Of a DNA stretch of 64,000 nucleotides, positions 27,226-39,386 are shown one piece after another. The stretch covers positions 19,964,001 to 20,028,000 of the forward strand of contig OZ024752.1 of assembly GCA_964016885.1 (NCBI GenBank). Reading direction: 5' to 3'. Both the position numbers and the translations under genes were made by a program. Every line of letters begins with the position of its first letter. The stretch's first letter is position 1. This stretch comes from Eledone cirrhosa. Its lineage: Eukaryota. Under the pieces are notes generated by a model, which searched no databases, was not told where the DNA came from, and saw only the letters and a list, made by a program, of their open reading frames with translations.

Positions 27226-27622
27226 TAGATCTGATGCTAAGGTAAATGACACACCAAAAATGTCACAATGGGATTGAATCAAATGCTTAGTCATGAGTCA
27301 GCCATGTTGTATTTACTTATTGTTAAAGGGTAAAAGTGAAATAGTGGTGTTAATGTTTAACAGCCATATTCACTTGTTTATAATAATAACACTCAACTAT
27401 GATGTGATTTAGTCCTAATTCAGCAGACTTATGATCAAATGTTTCCCAGCCATTTTTGTCCAGTAATCTGAGCTCATCTCGTTTCTTATTCAACAGACCA
27501 AATATTTTCCAATAAACCATATCCAATAATCCCATCTCATTCCAGATTCAGTAAATCTATAACCAAATGTTTTCAAACCATGCATGTCCATCATTTAGCG
27601 TCTGTAGTTCCCTGCTAGAGTT
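27226..27622 (-). repeat. Right arm of the 397-bp inverted duplication (SINE-free)
   Basis: Reverse-complement match to 17209-17998 with about ten substitutions. Confidence 0.93.
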
Positions 27623-28306
27623 ATTTCCCTTGAAAAACTTTCTTTTCAACGAGCACAATTACTCCCTATTCTCTCTTTAAAGTGTAGTGCTGGTGCCACA
27701 ACAAAATGCCCAACTTCCATTCTGTAAAATGGTTGGCATTCAGAAGGATATCTAGCTGATAAACCTTACCAAATATGAAACCTATGAGTAAGACGTGGTC
27801 CCCCAGCCTATCTAACCTTGGACCATGACAACCTGTCTAACCCATGCTTGTATGGAAAACGTAAAATGGTTCTTAACAGTGAAGATAGATAACTTTAACA
27901 ATAATGAATTGCTATAAATAATAGCTGTAAAAAGGGGGTAAAATACACCTAGGGGTAGAAAAATGTGGCCAGAGACACCTAGAGACAATCTGTGTATCTC
28001 TTCAATACCGTACCAGTACCTTTACACTAAGGGGTGACTGACACCCTCCTTCACCTATTTTCAGGATGATATACTATACAGCTTGTGGCTAGGGCATAGC
28101 TGGAACTAAACAAACTTGGGGAGACTTGAAAATGTGAGAAATCAAAATGCAAAAAAAACTACAACAACAGTCAATTGATATGAAAAATAGCTCACAAAAT
28201 CAATGTTTTTTGAGTGGCTAAAATAACTCTACCACAATGTAATTGCTTCATCAGAAAATATGACTGTAAATTGACAGTTAAATGCAGTCTATGAATATAT
28301 ATAATA

Positions 28307-29477
28307 CTAGCAGTGTATCCCGGCGTTGCACGGGTAAGAACATTGGTAATAGCACCTCCAATGAGAAACGTTTATTTGTGAGTGCCTGTTAAAAACTCAC
28401 GAAAATATACCGACAGGAAATTTGTTTTATTTGGAGAAAATTAAGAAGTTGAAATTACAGTTTAGCTGCCTACGTGCATTGTTCATAGAAATATTGTTGA
28501 GCCCCTTCTTTTCATACTCCCCTGTTTTGGCCTTTTGGAGTAAATGTGAAAGAGAAAGTCACAGGTTAAGTTGGCAGAAGGTTCCAGTGTCATAGTAGTA
28601 AGGCGTAGGCTACTTACCTGAAAAGTTCATTCGCACTCTTTCCACTAAGTTACTCTTTCTCTCTATCCCTTTCGATGCAGTCCCTTGTAGATTTCTCGCA
28701 TAGGCCTGGTGTAGATTTGCACCCGATCCATCTACCCGATGCACATGGCCGCTTTGTACGGCTTTTGGAAGAAGGAGTGACCAGCAGTACGTTGTTCAGT
28801 ATTATTACGAAAAGGTGTAGCAGAGAATCCCGCGTGAACTAACAGCTCGGGAGGAAACTGCTTACCTCGAAGATTCATTTGCCATCGTTCTTGTCAATGT
28901 TCCATTTAGTTGGTATTTGTTGGTCTACAGTTAGATGAATGGCGCACAAAGGGTTAATGTTTATTGGCAAGAAGTGGCAACTGGGCTGGCTTGCCTCGCT
29001 TATATTATATATTAAAATAACAGATTAAAGTTTAAGCAAAGAATCGCGGCTTTCACCCTTAGTGGGATCTTCTGAAACTAAAAAAAAAAATCAATCTGTG
29101 AACGCAGAAGTAAATATTTCGAAAAACGTTGCAACCGAAGGAAAACAGGAAGATGATACTTTGGTTCGTGAAGACGTTCCCTGGCAATGAACGGAAAATA
29201 GCGAACATAATACATCATCAACGTTTGTCAGAATATCGTAAAGCAGACAGCCAGGCATACAGACAGATATTATAAGGGCGCAACGGAGATGGATAACCGA
29301 TACCTAACACCCCTTTAACAACAGAAAATTGAAAAATAAAAGCTGCAGTTAATATCTTTAGACCGCAAAGAATATATAAATGCAAGTTTGAAGTCAATCA
29401 GAGTAGAAATGTGGATTTGTATAGACTTTGCCAAAATGAAGACACACACAGACATCAGTTTTATATATATGTATAGA
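28307..29477 (-). mobile_element. Non-autonomous Helitron, 1171 bp
   Basis: Minus strand starts A|TCTATACATATATATAAAA and ends CCCGTGCAACGCCGGG hairpin (28319-28334) + CTAG|T; no TSD; CpG-rich relative to flanks. Confidence 0.88.
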
Positions 29478-30320
29478 TTGCTAGTTTCTTTCAATACCCA
29501 CTGTTACTATCAACTACTTGAATATCAATGAATACTAGACTAAGTTATCTATCAATATTATGAAGTATCTATCTAGCACTACTAGATATCCTATACATCT
29601 TTTGATATCAGTCACTCCTGGAGGAAGCCTTCTAAGTTAACCACATTCCTCATTTCTCTCTCTACAGAACACAAAGAGCTATTAATGTCACCACCTGTTC
29701 TAAATAATGGTTTCTGACTTAGACACAATGCCAAAAATCTTGGGGAAGGGGAAAGTTGATTAAATTGACCCTAGTGCACCACTGGTAATTTATTTTAATG
29801 ACTCCATAAGGATGAAAGGCAGAGCTAACCATGGCAGAATTTGAACTCGGAATGTAAAATAGCCATAACTCTATGCCATGAAGCATGGTGTCTGACGCTC
29901 TACTGATATTACCAATTCCCTGCCCTTAAATAATCCAACCTGCTCTAAATAACAAGGAAATGAAAGTAGTCAATCACCAGAATGGACCAAGAAAATAATG
30001 TTTCCATTTGTCTTTCTATTGTTGATGGTATCTGTTAGTAATCTGGCAGAAGGAGGCAGGATTCAGATCAGACTGAGCTTGATTAGGTACTACAAGGCAT
30101 CTCATCTGATGATATAACTATTCTGTCAATCCTCTGCTTTTGGTACTTTATTTGTATGGTGAGATCCCATAACTCCTGGGGGAGTCATAGGGATGCTACA
30201 TTGACATACACCATTTCTAGCTGGCAGACCCCATCTTCCCCCAGGTCTGAATATAGCAGATTTCTTCCAGAGAAAAATAGAGAGAGTGAGAGAGAGTGGA
30301 AGCAAGAAAGAGATATAGAG

Positions 30321-30939
30321 CAATCATTCTCAACATGGGCCTGAGCATTTTTTTAAAAAGGTTACTTAACTCGACAGAATGTTGAGGAAAGAATCAATGG
30401 ACAGATTTCACGGGCAAAAATCAACCGACAGGAGACGCAGGGGTAGACCTCAAACAAGATGGTTGGATAATATCCATGAGCTTGGCTGGTCATGCTTGGA
30501 GATCCAGCCAGAGATGGGTGCTTCAGACAGGACCCACTGGAGGGAGTGTTCGAGGACTCTGCCCAACGACCCTCTCAGGAATAAATGGGCGAAGAAGAAA
30601 GGTCTAGATTTGACCCTAGGAAAATATATGGGCTTTAAAATTCTTTTTTTTTTTCTCCACAGCAAATAATGTACTAATAAAGAAACATAATTTATTACAG
30701 ATTGAAAAGAGAGGAGACTTATGCCTGAAGCTGAACCAAGGCTTGGAAGTCTAACTTGCCAAGCTGACAGACACCAACATCTGTGTAGCTATTAGGCAGG
30801 ATTTATATTTTCTACTACATTTTACTTTTGTAAATAAAATATTTCCTGTTACATGAAATTTCTATTTGTGCTTATGTGGGCCTGGAATTTTTTTGACAGC
30901 AAAAATAGGCTACAAGGAAGAAAAGGTTGAGAAACACTG
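30321..30939. mobile_element. hAT (Charlie-like) MITE with nested RTE 3' fragment (30375-30600)
   Basis: Imperfect TIRs CAATCATTCTCAAC / GTTGAGAAACACTG and perfect 8-bp TSD ATATAGAG (30313-30320, 30940-30947). Confidence 0.85.
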
Positions 30940-32686
30940 ATATAGAGGAAGAATCGACCCCAGTACAAGACTGGTACATTTTTGTTATCAACCATGAATG
31001 GATGAAAGGCAAAGTTGACTTCAGCAGGATTTGAACTGACAACTCGTCATACTTTATTTGTCAATACCAAAATGATAAAAGGTGAACCTCGAGAGTTGAA
31101 ACAAATACCAAGTCATTTAATCTGATGCTCCAGCGACTCAGCCAATTCACCACACCAGATATAGTTCAATATTCAATAATACCACCTATTGGCCTATTCA
31201 TTACAAATCAGTAAAAATAGGAATCTAAAGAAGAGAACAGAAGACAGCAATCCACCTGCTTCTTACCTGTCAACAATAAACAAAACACCCTTTCAAATTT
31301 TATTTCTTTTAAACTGTATCTTATACATAAACCGGTGAATCATTAGAACGTCACATAGAATGCTTTGTGGTATTCATTCTGGCTCTCTGTTGTCTGAGTT
31401 CAAATCCCACCAAGATCAACTTTGCCTTTCATCCTTTCAGAGTCAATAAAAACAGTAGCAATCTCACACTGGGGTCATTTCTTCCTCTGTATCTCTTTCT
31501 CCCTTTCTATCTTTCTCTTGAAGGAATCTGCTGTCTTCAGACCTGGAAATGGGCTTTGCCAGGCTTAAAATGCCCCAAAATGCCATATGACACTACAGCG
31601 CCCCTACAACTCCAAGAATTGTGGGACCGCACCATATGCTATACATACAGGAGCAGGCAAGGCTGTGTGTTTAAGTAATTCTCTTCACAAACACATGGTT
31701 CAGTCCCACTGTGTTATATATTGAGTAAGTATCTTTTACTATAACATTAGGTTGACCAAAGCCATAGTGAATGAAATTTGGTAGACAGAAACTGCATGGA
31801 AGACTAATGTGTTTGTGTGTGTGTGGGGGGGGGGGGAGGTCTTTTGAGGGCAGTGTTCATGCCTACATCTACTGTTTATGTCCTTTAACTTAGCAGTTTG
31901 ATAGAAAGAGATCAATAAAATAAGTAGCAAACAGACAGTCTTATTGGTGGTAACTCCTCTCAGGACAAGCTTAACTTGACAGCTAGTTTAACTCATTTCA
32001 CACTAGTTTATCACAAGTTTCTTTACCATATTTCTAATGAAAGACACTGTCTATGGTTTTCAAATAATTTTGAAAATAATTAAGAATTTGTAGGGATTTA
32101 ACTCATTATTCAAGTATTTCACATAATAAACCGGAAGAAGAGAAAAAAAATTAAATATTTAAAAAAGGGAGAAAGAGAAGGGCAGGCTCCACATCCCTGA
32201 GTAGGTGGTATGTTCATCATCATCATCACCATTTAACATCTGTTTTCCATGCATGGGTTAGATAGGTTGTTACATTCTGAGGCTAAACCAATCAGGTGAT
32301 GATATCTTACTCATACACTCCATTCTAGCAGGTTTTCTATGGTTGGATGCCCTTCCTAACACCAACTATTTTATTGAGTGTACTAGGAGTATTTCTTTGT
32401 GACACCAGCATTACCACCTTACAGGGGGGATTAGAGTAATTTTTGTCATGACACCAGCACGACCAACATACAGGGTGCACTGGTACATGAAGTAATTTTC
32501 TAATTATAACCATGATTTTACTAATTTAACACAAGCTACAACTTATAAGTAACCACCATATTAAAGAACTGATATGAATGTGGCATGAATGAAATCTGGA
32601 GATGCAATTTTGAGCAATATGGCAGTGACCTTGATATATAAATAAATAGCATACTCTTACATATGACATACATAAAACCATTTCTA

Positions 32687-33262
32687 CATCATCATCATCA
32701 TCATCATTTTACATCTGCTTTTCCCTGCTTGCAAGGGTGGGACGAGTGCTATTCAGCACAGCATCTCTCCACTTGTCACGGTCCTTCGTCATCTCCTCCG
32801 TGAGCTTCAGCGATCTGAGGTCAGCTCTCACCACCTCCGCCCATGTTTTACGTGGTCTTCCTCTACTGCGTCTTCCTTCTACTGGGATTTCTTGGCACTT
32901 CTTTACCCAGCGGTCATCCTCCATGTGCATCACATGCCCATACCATCTCAGCCTTCTCTCCTGCACACCACAACTTATCCCTCTTATACTCAGTTCCTTT
33001 CTCAACTCGTCCATGCTTGGTCGTTCACGCACATTGACATTGCACATCCAACAGAACACACTTGCTTCATTTCTCTCCAGCCATCGCATACCCTCTGCAG
33101 TTGCCGCCCATGTCTCACTACCATGCAGCATCGCGCAGTTCACACAGGCATCATATAACCGTCCTTTTGTATGTAGGGAGAAACCCTTCTTTGTCAACAG
33201 AGGAAGCAGCTCCCTAAACTTCTTCCAACCCGTCCTTATTCCACACACCATAGCAACACTTT
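32687..33262 (-). mobile_element. RTE LINE 3' end, 5'-truncated, frame still open, (GAT)n tail
   Basis: GWKKFRELLPLL...MLHGSETW...RRLRWYGHV...RGRPRKTW...DRDKWR; same family as 35993-38620. Confidence 0.93.
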
Positions 33263-33621
33263 CTATCAAGGATATGCTGTCAAAAAATATATTCCTGCAA
33301 CACCCACAGGGGACATGGTATTGAAAGTTATCCTCTTACTGATTAAAACCCAAAACTTCAAGTAGGAGCAGATTTAGACCTTGGGGGGTCCAGAGCAGTT
33401 CAGGTTTTTGGGGTCCTTCTTATAACACACAGACACAGTGTGTGATGCAAAAACCCTCATTATATGCTTTAAAAAAAAAAAAAGAAGATAAACAGCAATT
33501 TGAAAGAAAAACAAAATCTTTTGTTTGTGTTTTACCATAAATCATTATTACATAATAAAGTCATGTGTATAAAATAGATGTAGAAAAATAAAATTGTTAG
33601 GTTGTAGTGAAATGTTCATGT

Positions 33622-35397
33622 CTATACAGCTGATTCTCTGCCATAAGCATAACTTACCACTGAGTAAAGAGAGGCTTGAGACCCCAAATTGGAGTTGTGG
33701 TCTTTCTGTGAATAAGATGGAGTCCCACGAGATACACTAGATGGGTTCTGCACCATTGAATTAAAATAGTTTCTTACATTGAAACTTCGGTCAGACTCAT
33801 TCAATGAGCCAATATCGAGGTCCTGAAATGCTCTTCGTTTGTTAGTCTTCTCTAAATGACTGCTGTCTTCAGCAGATTGGTTGCATAACCAGTGTGGGCC
33901 ATGTTTTTTACAGATGCATTTCCACAGAACTATTAACGAGATAAAAACAACAATTGCAAATATACTGCAACTTATTGCAATGATTAATACCATTTTAGAA
34001 TCTGGTTTGTTTTTCAGCTCAATATCACACTTGGAAATCTCTTCATCTTTAAGTTGTTTGATATGGCGATTGTTGAGAACTAATGGAATCTCACACTGAA
34101 GCAAGTCACACTCAACAGACTGAGACAGTTTCGAGCACTTTACCGTTTGGGAAAATTTTGGATTCTGTAACCAGTTACGGAATCCTCTAATATGACAGTC
34201 ACACACCCAAGAATTCTTATCAAGTTTTATCCATTTTAAATTTGAGAATATATGCAGAGTTGTTTCAGGGATATTTTTGAGATTATTGGCAGAAATGTCT
34301 AATCTCTGAAGGCTTCTGGGTCCTCCAAATTTATTCAAAGTGTTTAGTGAGCAGTCTGAGAGATTTAGTCCTTGTAACCGATATAATCCTGTGAAAACAT
34401 TATCTGGAAGTTTTTGGAGAGGATTTCCAGCTAGATTTAAATATTCTAGCTGAGGTGCCACTGGCTGTAGAGAGCCACTGGCTAAGTGATCAATTGAGTT
34501 TTGTGATAAATCTAAATGTTTGGTGTTGAAGTATTTAAATGTGCCAACAACGATCTGTCGAATATTATTCCGAGACAGGTTCAAAGTGTCAAGGTTAATA
34601 CCAGAAAACTGGTTCTCTCCTAGTTTATGAATGGAATTATTATATAAAGAAAGCATCCTTAAGTTGGGGAGATTGCGTAGAACAGTCAATGGTAGAGGTT
34701 TGCTCATACTGTTACTTGATAAGTCTAAGCTGATTAAATTACGAGGGATTGTGAAAAGATCTGTTACTATTGGTAACAGGTGACAGTTGCTAAGAGATAA
34801 ATGCAGTAAGTTGCGTAGCCATTGAAAACTGTAGCTGTAAAGACTCTGCATACTATTTCCATCAAGAACCAAACTCTTCAACCTACCCTGAAACTTAAAA
34901 ATCCCACCCTGAAGTGAATAAACTTTGTTCCAAGACAAATCAAGGAACTGAAGTTGTATCAAGGGGTGAAAAATTTCATCAATATTTGAAATGACGTTGT
35001 GAGACAGATCTAAATGAATTAGTTTTGTAAGTCCTTCAAATGCTTTCTTATCTATGCTGGTGATAGTGTCGTGGGTCAACGTAAGATATTGTAAGTTAGA
35101 CATGCCTTGGAATGTTGTCTCAGTAAGGTGATTAATGTAATACTTTGTTACAGTCAAGTTTCTCAGTTCATTAAAGGGCCCAGCCCGGGAGAAGCTTTCC
35201 TTCAAATTGCCACCTGTGTTACTGCCCTGCAGTGACAACTGCTGTGTAGATTTTGGTACTTGTGCAATTGTTTCTTGCAGTGATGAGCCACTCTGGCACA
35301 CCACCACTGTGCTGGAGCAGCTGCAGGAAGTGGGACAGCCATTTGTATTTGTCAGAAACACAATGAAGAATAAATAGTAGAATAGAGATTTGATCAT
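33622..35397 (-). CDS. Leucine-rich-repeat type I transmembrane protein, 591 aa (signal peptide, LRRNT, ~14 LRRs, LRRCT, TM, ~95-aa tail ending ESAV)
   Basis: Uninterrupted ORF; CPTSCSC cap, LxxLxLxxNxI repeats, NSWVCDC cap, hydrophobic MVLIIAISCSIFAIVVFISLIVLW. True ATG is at 35397 (the track start at 35400 is GTG); splice acceptor TTTTCTATTCTATATTTCAG lies 11 nt upstream (exon starts 35408). Confidence 0.95.
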   Translation of the reverse strand: MIKSLFYYLFFIVFLTNTNGCPTSCSCSSTVVVCQSGSSLQETIAQVPKSTQQLSLQGSNTGGNLKESFSRAGPFNELRNLTVTKYYINHLTETTFQGMSNLQYLTLTHDTITSIDKKAFEGLTKLIHLDLSHNVISNIDEIFHPLIQLQFLDLSWNKVYSLQGGIFKFQGRLKSLVLDGNSMQSLYSYSFQWLRNLLHLSLSNCHLLPIVTDLFTIPRNLISLDLSSNSMSKPLPLTVLRNLPNLRMLSLYNNSIHKLGENQFSGINLDTLNLSRNNIRQIVVGTFKYFNTKHLDLSQNSIDHLASGSLQPVAPQLEYLNLAGNPLQKLPDNVFTGLYRLQGLNLSDCSLNTLNKFGGPRSLQRLDISANNLKNIPETTLHIFSNLKWIKLDKNSWVCDCHIRGFRNWLQNPKFSQTVKCSKLSQSVECDLLQCEIPLVLNNRHIKQLKDEEISKCDIELKNKPDSKMVLIIAISCSIFAIVVFISLIVLWKCICKKHGPHWLCNQSAEDSSHLEKTNKRRAFQDLDIGSLNESDRSFNVRNYFNSMVQNPSSVSRGTPSYSQKDHNSNLGSQASLYSVVSYAYGRESAV

Positions 35398-35992
35398 CAC
35401 CCAAGTTTCTGAAATATAGAATAGAAAACAGTATTAGTATCTAACATATTTACAATTGGTTGTTAACAGTTGCTTGCTTATAAAACAGATTTTCTATGTG
35501 TAAATACAATAGGGTCTCATGATGGTCATGCTACTGACATAACGACAACAAAAAAAAGGACCCAGTTCTCCCTGTGACGTGGTTGACATTAGGAGGGGCA
35601 TCCAGCTGTAGAAAACCAAACGAAAAACAGATTGTATGAGCAATAGATGGTTATCTGACCTGTCTAGCTTCATAACGTGACAGTCCATCTAACCTATGCA
35701 TGTGTGATGATGATGATGTGAAAAACTTTGATTGTTTTCTTTTTATATTTTAAACACTAATAAGAGATTTTTTGTGCACTAATTGCTTGGATAATTTCTG
35801 ATAATCAACATTCTTTACAGACAAATACCACATTCATCCATTTAAAAAAATATATCTTTATTTTCTCACTAAATCATCAAAAATTATAAATATATATATA
35901 TATATTATAGTTAAAACAGAAACCAAAACAAAGCGAAGAGTGCAGTACAAGTGTTAGTATTAGGTTCACGCTTGAGAGAGGGAGAGTGATAT

Positions 35993-38620
35993 ATATAATA
36001 GAGGTAGTTAGAGTAAGTAATAGAATAATTAAGATTAGATTAGTTGTAGGCAAGAGACTGCTCTCAATCATCTCTGCCTATGCTCCCCAAGCAGGCCTAG
36101 GTAAAGAAAAAAAGGACAACTTCTAGAGACAACCTTAATGACAGATGGGAGGTGACTTCAATGGTCATGTTGGACAGCTCCAGGATGGATAAACTGGGGT
36201 TGATGGGGTCATGGTTCTGGCATAAGAAACAAAGAAGGAGTGAAGCTTCTTGAATTTTGTGATGCAAGTGAACTAACCATTTGCAACACTAACTTCCAGA
36301 AGCCTACCAACCAATAATAACCTACAAATCAGACGAGCACATAAGCCAGATTGACTTCTTGCTAGTTAGGCAATGAGACAGACAGATGGTTATGAATAGT
36401 AAGGCATATCCTGGGGAAGAATGTACCCCCAACATAGGTTAGTCATTAGTGATATCTCAATAAGCAAGAGATGGAATGAGACATACAGGAAGGTATGGAA
36501 AAGGAAGGTCTGGAAGCTAAAAGACCTTTCACTTAAATATAAATTTAGGAAAGCCCTTCAAGATGTGTATGACGAGAAAGAAGACGAATTAGAATTGTAT
36601 GATATAGAAGATAACTGGAAGTTCTTATGTGACAACTTACTGCAAGCAACTGAAGAGACCTGTGGCTGGAGTAAAGCTCCAACCAGACATAGGGCGACCT
36701 GGTGGTGGAACAGCAAGGTAGATAGAGCCATTAAAGACAAAAGACAAGCATGGAAGGATTTGAAAAATGATGAGAGTAGAGACTGATACTCAACCGCTAA
36801 AACAGAAGCTAGACGTCAGGTATACTTAGCACAAAGGGAAGCTGAGAGTAGGAGGTTTGCTAATGTTCTGCGATGAGAGGATCAGAGACGTGAGGTATTC
36901 CACATTGCTAGGCAGTGTGTCAGTGTAAATCAGGATGTTGTTGGAGATAAGTGTGTCCGAAATGATGCCAGTGTACTTAGTGTCACAAATGATCAGAAAA
37001 AGGAGGCCTGGAAATGGGAGAGAGAAACTAGCCCCAACAGACCCAACATAGGGACCAGCTATTGAGATTGATGACTATAGGGTCAAAGAGGCAATTAAGG
37101 AAATGAAAAATGGTAAGGCCGCTGGACCGTCGGGGATAGTTGCTGAGATGCTGATGGCATCAGGGGATGTAGGAACTAAACTGGTTGTATGCATAGTCAA
37201 CCAAGCTATATATGGCGGTGTCATACTCAAAGACTGGTGCAGCAGTATTCTTGTAAATTGCTACATAGGTAAAGCTGATGGATCAGGTTATGAAAGTGAC
37301 AGAAAGAATGCTAGCACAACTAATTAGAGAAAGGGTCAAATTAGATGAGATGCAGTTTGGTGTTGTGCCTGAGAAAAGTACAACAGATGCCCTCTTCTTG
37401 GTGAGACACCTACAAGAGAGGTTCTTAGAGAAGAATAAGCCACTATACTTAGCTTTTGTTGACCTAGAGAAGGCCTTTGATAGAGTACTCCGATCTGTCA
37501 TCTGGTGGTCTCTAAGAAAACTAGGTGTAGAGGAATGGCTTGTGAGGACAATGCAAGCTTTGTACAGAGGAGCTGTCAGTAAAGTGAGAATAGGAATGGA
37601 GTTTAGTGAGGAATTCCAGATACAAGTAGGAGAGCAACAGGGTTCGGTTCTCAGCCCACTCTTGTTCATTATAGTTCTGCTGACAATCTGGTACTTATAG
37701 CAGAATCAGTAGAGGAGCTAGAGAATAAATTCTGGCTATGGAAACAGCAGTTAGAATCAAAAGGACAGGACAAAACTCTGATTCCATCAGGGAAATGGCC
37801 ATGTCCAATATGTAGAAAAGGAGTTGGCATAAACTCTATAGAATGTACACAATGCAGATCTTGAGTTCACAAGAGATGTAGTGGGATAGCAGGCAAACTA
37901 ACAGGTAGGGAAAACTACATATGCAGTAGATGTTCAGGGAAATTTGACAGTACAAGTCGCAGTGATGGACACATTTTTCAAATGCAAGCAAGGTCTATAG
38001 AGATGGTTGATAGCTTCCGATACCTAGGTGATCAGATTAGCTAGGGAGGAGGGTGCTCTGAGGCCATAGTATCTAGAATAAGGACAGGATGGAAGAAGTT
38101 TAGGGAGCTACTTCCTCTGTTGACAACAAAGAGTTTCTCCTTATGAACGAAAGGTCGTTTATATGATGCCTGTGTGAGATGCGCGGTGTTGCATGGTAGT
38201 GAGACATGAGCAGCAACTGCAGAGGATATGCGACGGCTGGAGAGAAATGAAGCAAGCATGCTCCAATGGATGTGCAATGTCAATATGCATGAACGACCAA
38301 GCATAGATGAGTTGAGAGAGAAACTGTGTGTCAGAGGGATAAGTTGTAGTGTGCAGGAGAGAATACTGTGTTAGTATTGCCATGTGATGCGAATGAAAGA
38401 TGACCGCTGGGTAAAGAAGTGCTAAGAAATCCTGGAAGACGCAGTAGAGGAAGACCACGAAAAACATGGGTGGAGGTGGTGAGAGCAGACCTCAGATTGC
38501 TGAAGCTCACAGAGGAGATGACGAAGGACCGTCACAAATGGAGAGATGCTGTGCTGAATAGGACCTGTCCCACCCTTGCAAGCAGGGAAAAGCGGGCATA
38601 AAATGATGATGATGATGATA
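35993..38620 (+). mobile_element. RTE LINE, 5'-truncated and decayed: APE endonuclease part, RT, Cys-rich finger, C-terminus, (GAT)n tail
   Basis: ISAYAPQAG, GDFNGHVG, QIDF, GKAAGPSGI, FVDLEKAFDRV, QGSVLSPLLF, WPCPICRKGVG, RGRPRKTW; many stops and deletions. Confidence 0.95.
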
Positions 38621-39386
38621 CATTCTAAGTTCAAATCCTGCTGATGTCAACTTTGCTTTTCGTCCTTTTGGGGTTGATAAAGAACCAGTGAAAGGTAGAA
38701 AAAGAACAGCAGTGATGAAACACATGTGAGGTGAGAAAAGCTCAATGTAGCTATGGTCAAAGAGGAATGACAACTGGAACTAAGGATATATCAAGTCATG
38801 AACATTGATTGCTGTTTAAATAGACATGAAGTGTTAGATCTAATGGTGGTCTTTGTGGCAGCCAGAGGCATAACTATGGTATATCAAGCATGGCATGTGC
38901 CATGGGCACCACTTGGACTAGGAGCACGTTCTATTAAAGTCAAATAAGCCTCATCAGAGAGTGAAAAAAGAAACTCCTTTAGATGTGTCTCTGATTATCA
39001 TAAGTGAGAAACACTATGGTGGCTGGATCATTAAACCATTTATATAAATTATTAGGCCTCCATAGGTAAATATACAGTGCTGGGCAGGGGTGCAGTTTAA
39101 CTGCTTGCCATAGGTGCTATTTTATATTTCGTAGCAGCTGACTAGTGTAAACCACAGGAATGAGGACCAAGATGACCTGCTGGAGGAGGACACTGAGAAG
39201 TTATCACCTAGGTGGGCTCAGCTCCCTTAGAGTGTTAGGAGGAATCAAGGACTGAAATATTTGCTTAATGGGAATTCTTCCCCTGAAGGTCCCCCTGCTG
39301 TCTGCTTGCTCCATCACAAGTTTCTACCTATTTGGGTTAATTTAATCAAATTACATGTCCACTTAAAACTGCTAGCCCTGTCACCA

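Noticed and set aside
33622-35397. Calling the LRR protein a Toll-like receptor or giving it a gene symbol
   Set aside because: No TIR domain and no diagnostic orthology recognisable from sequence alone
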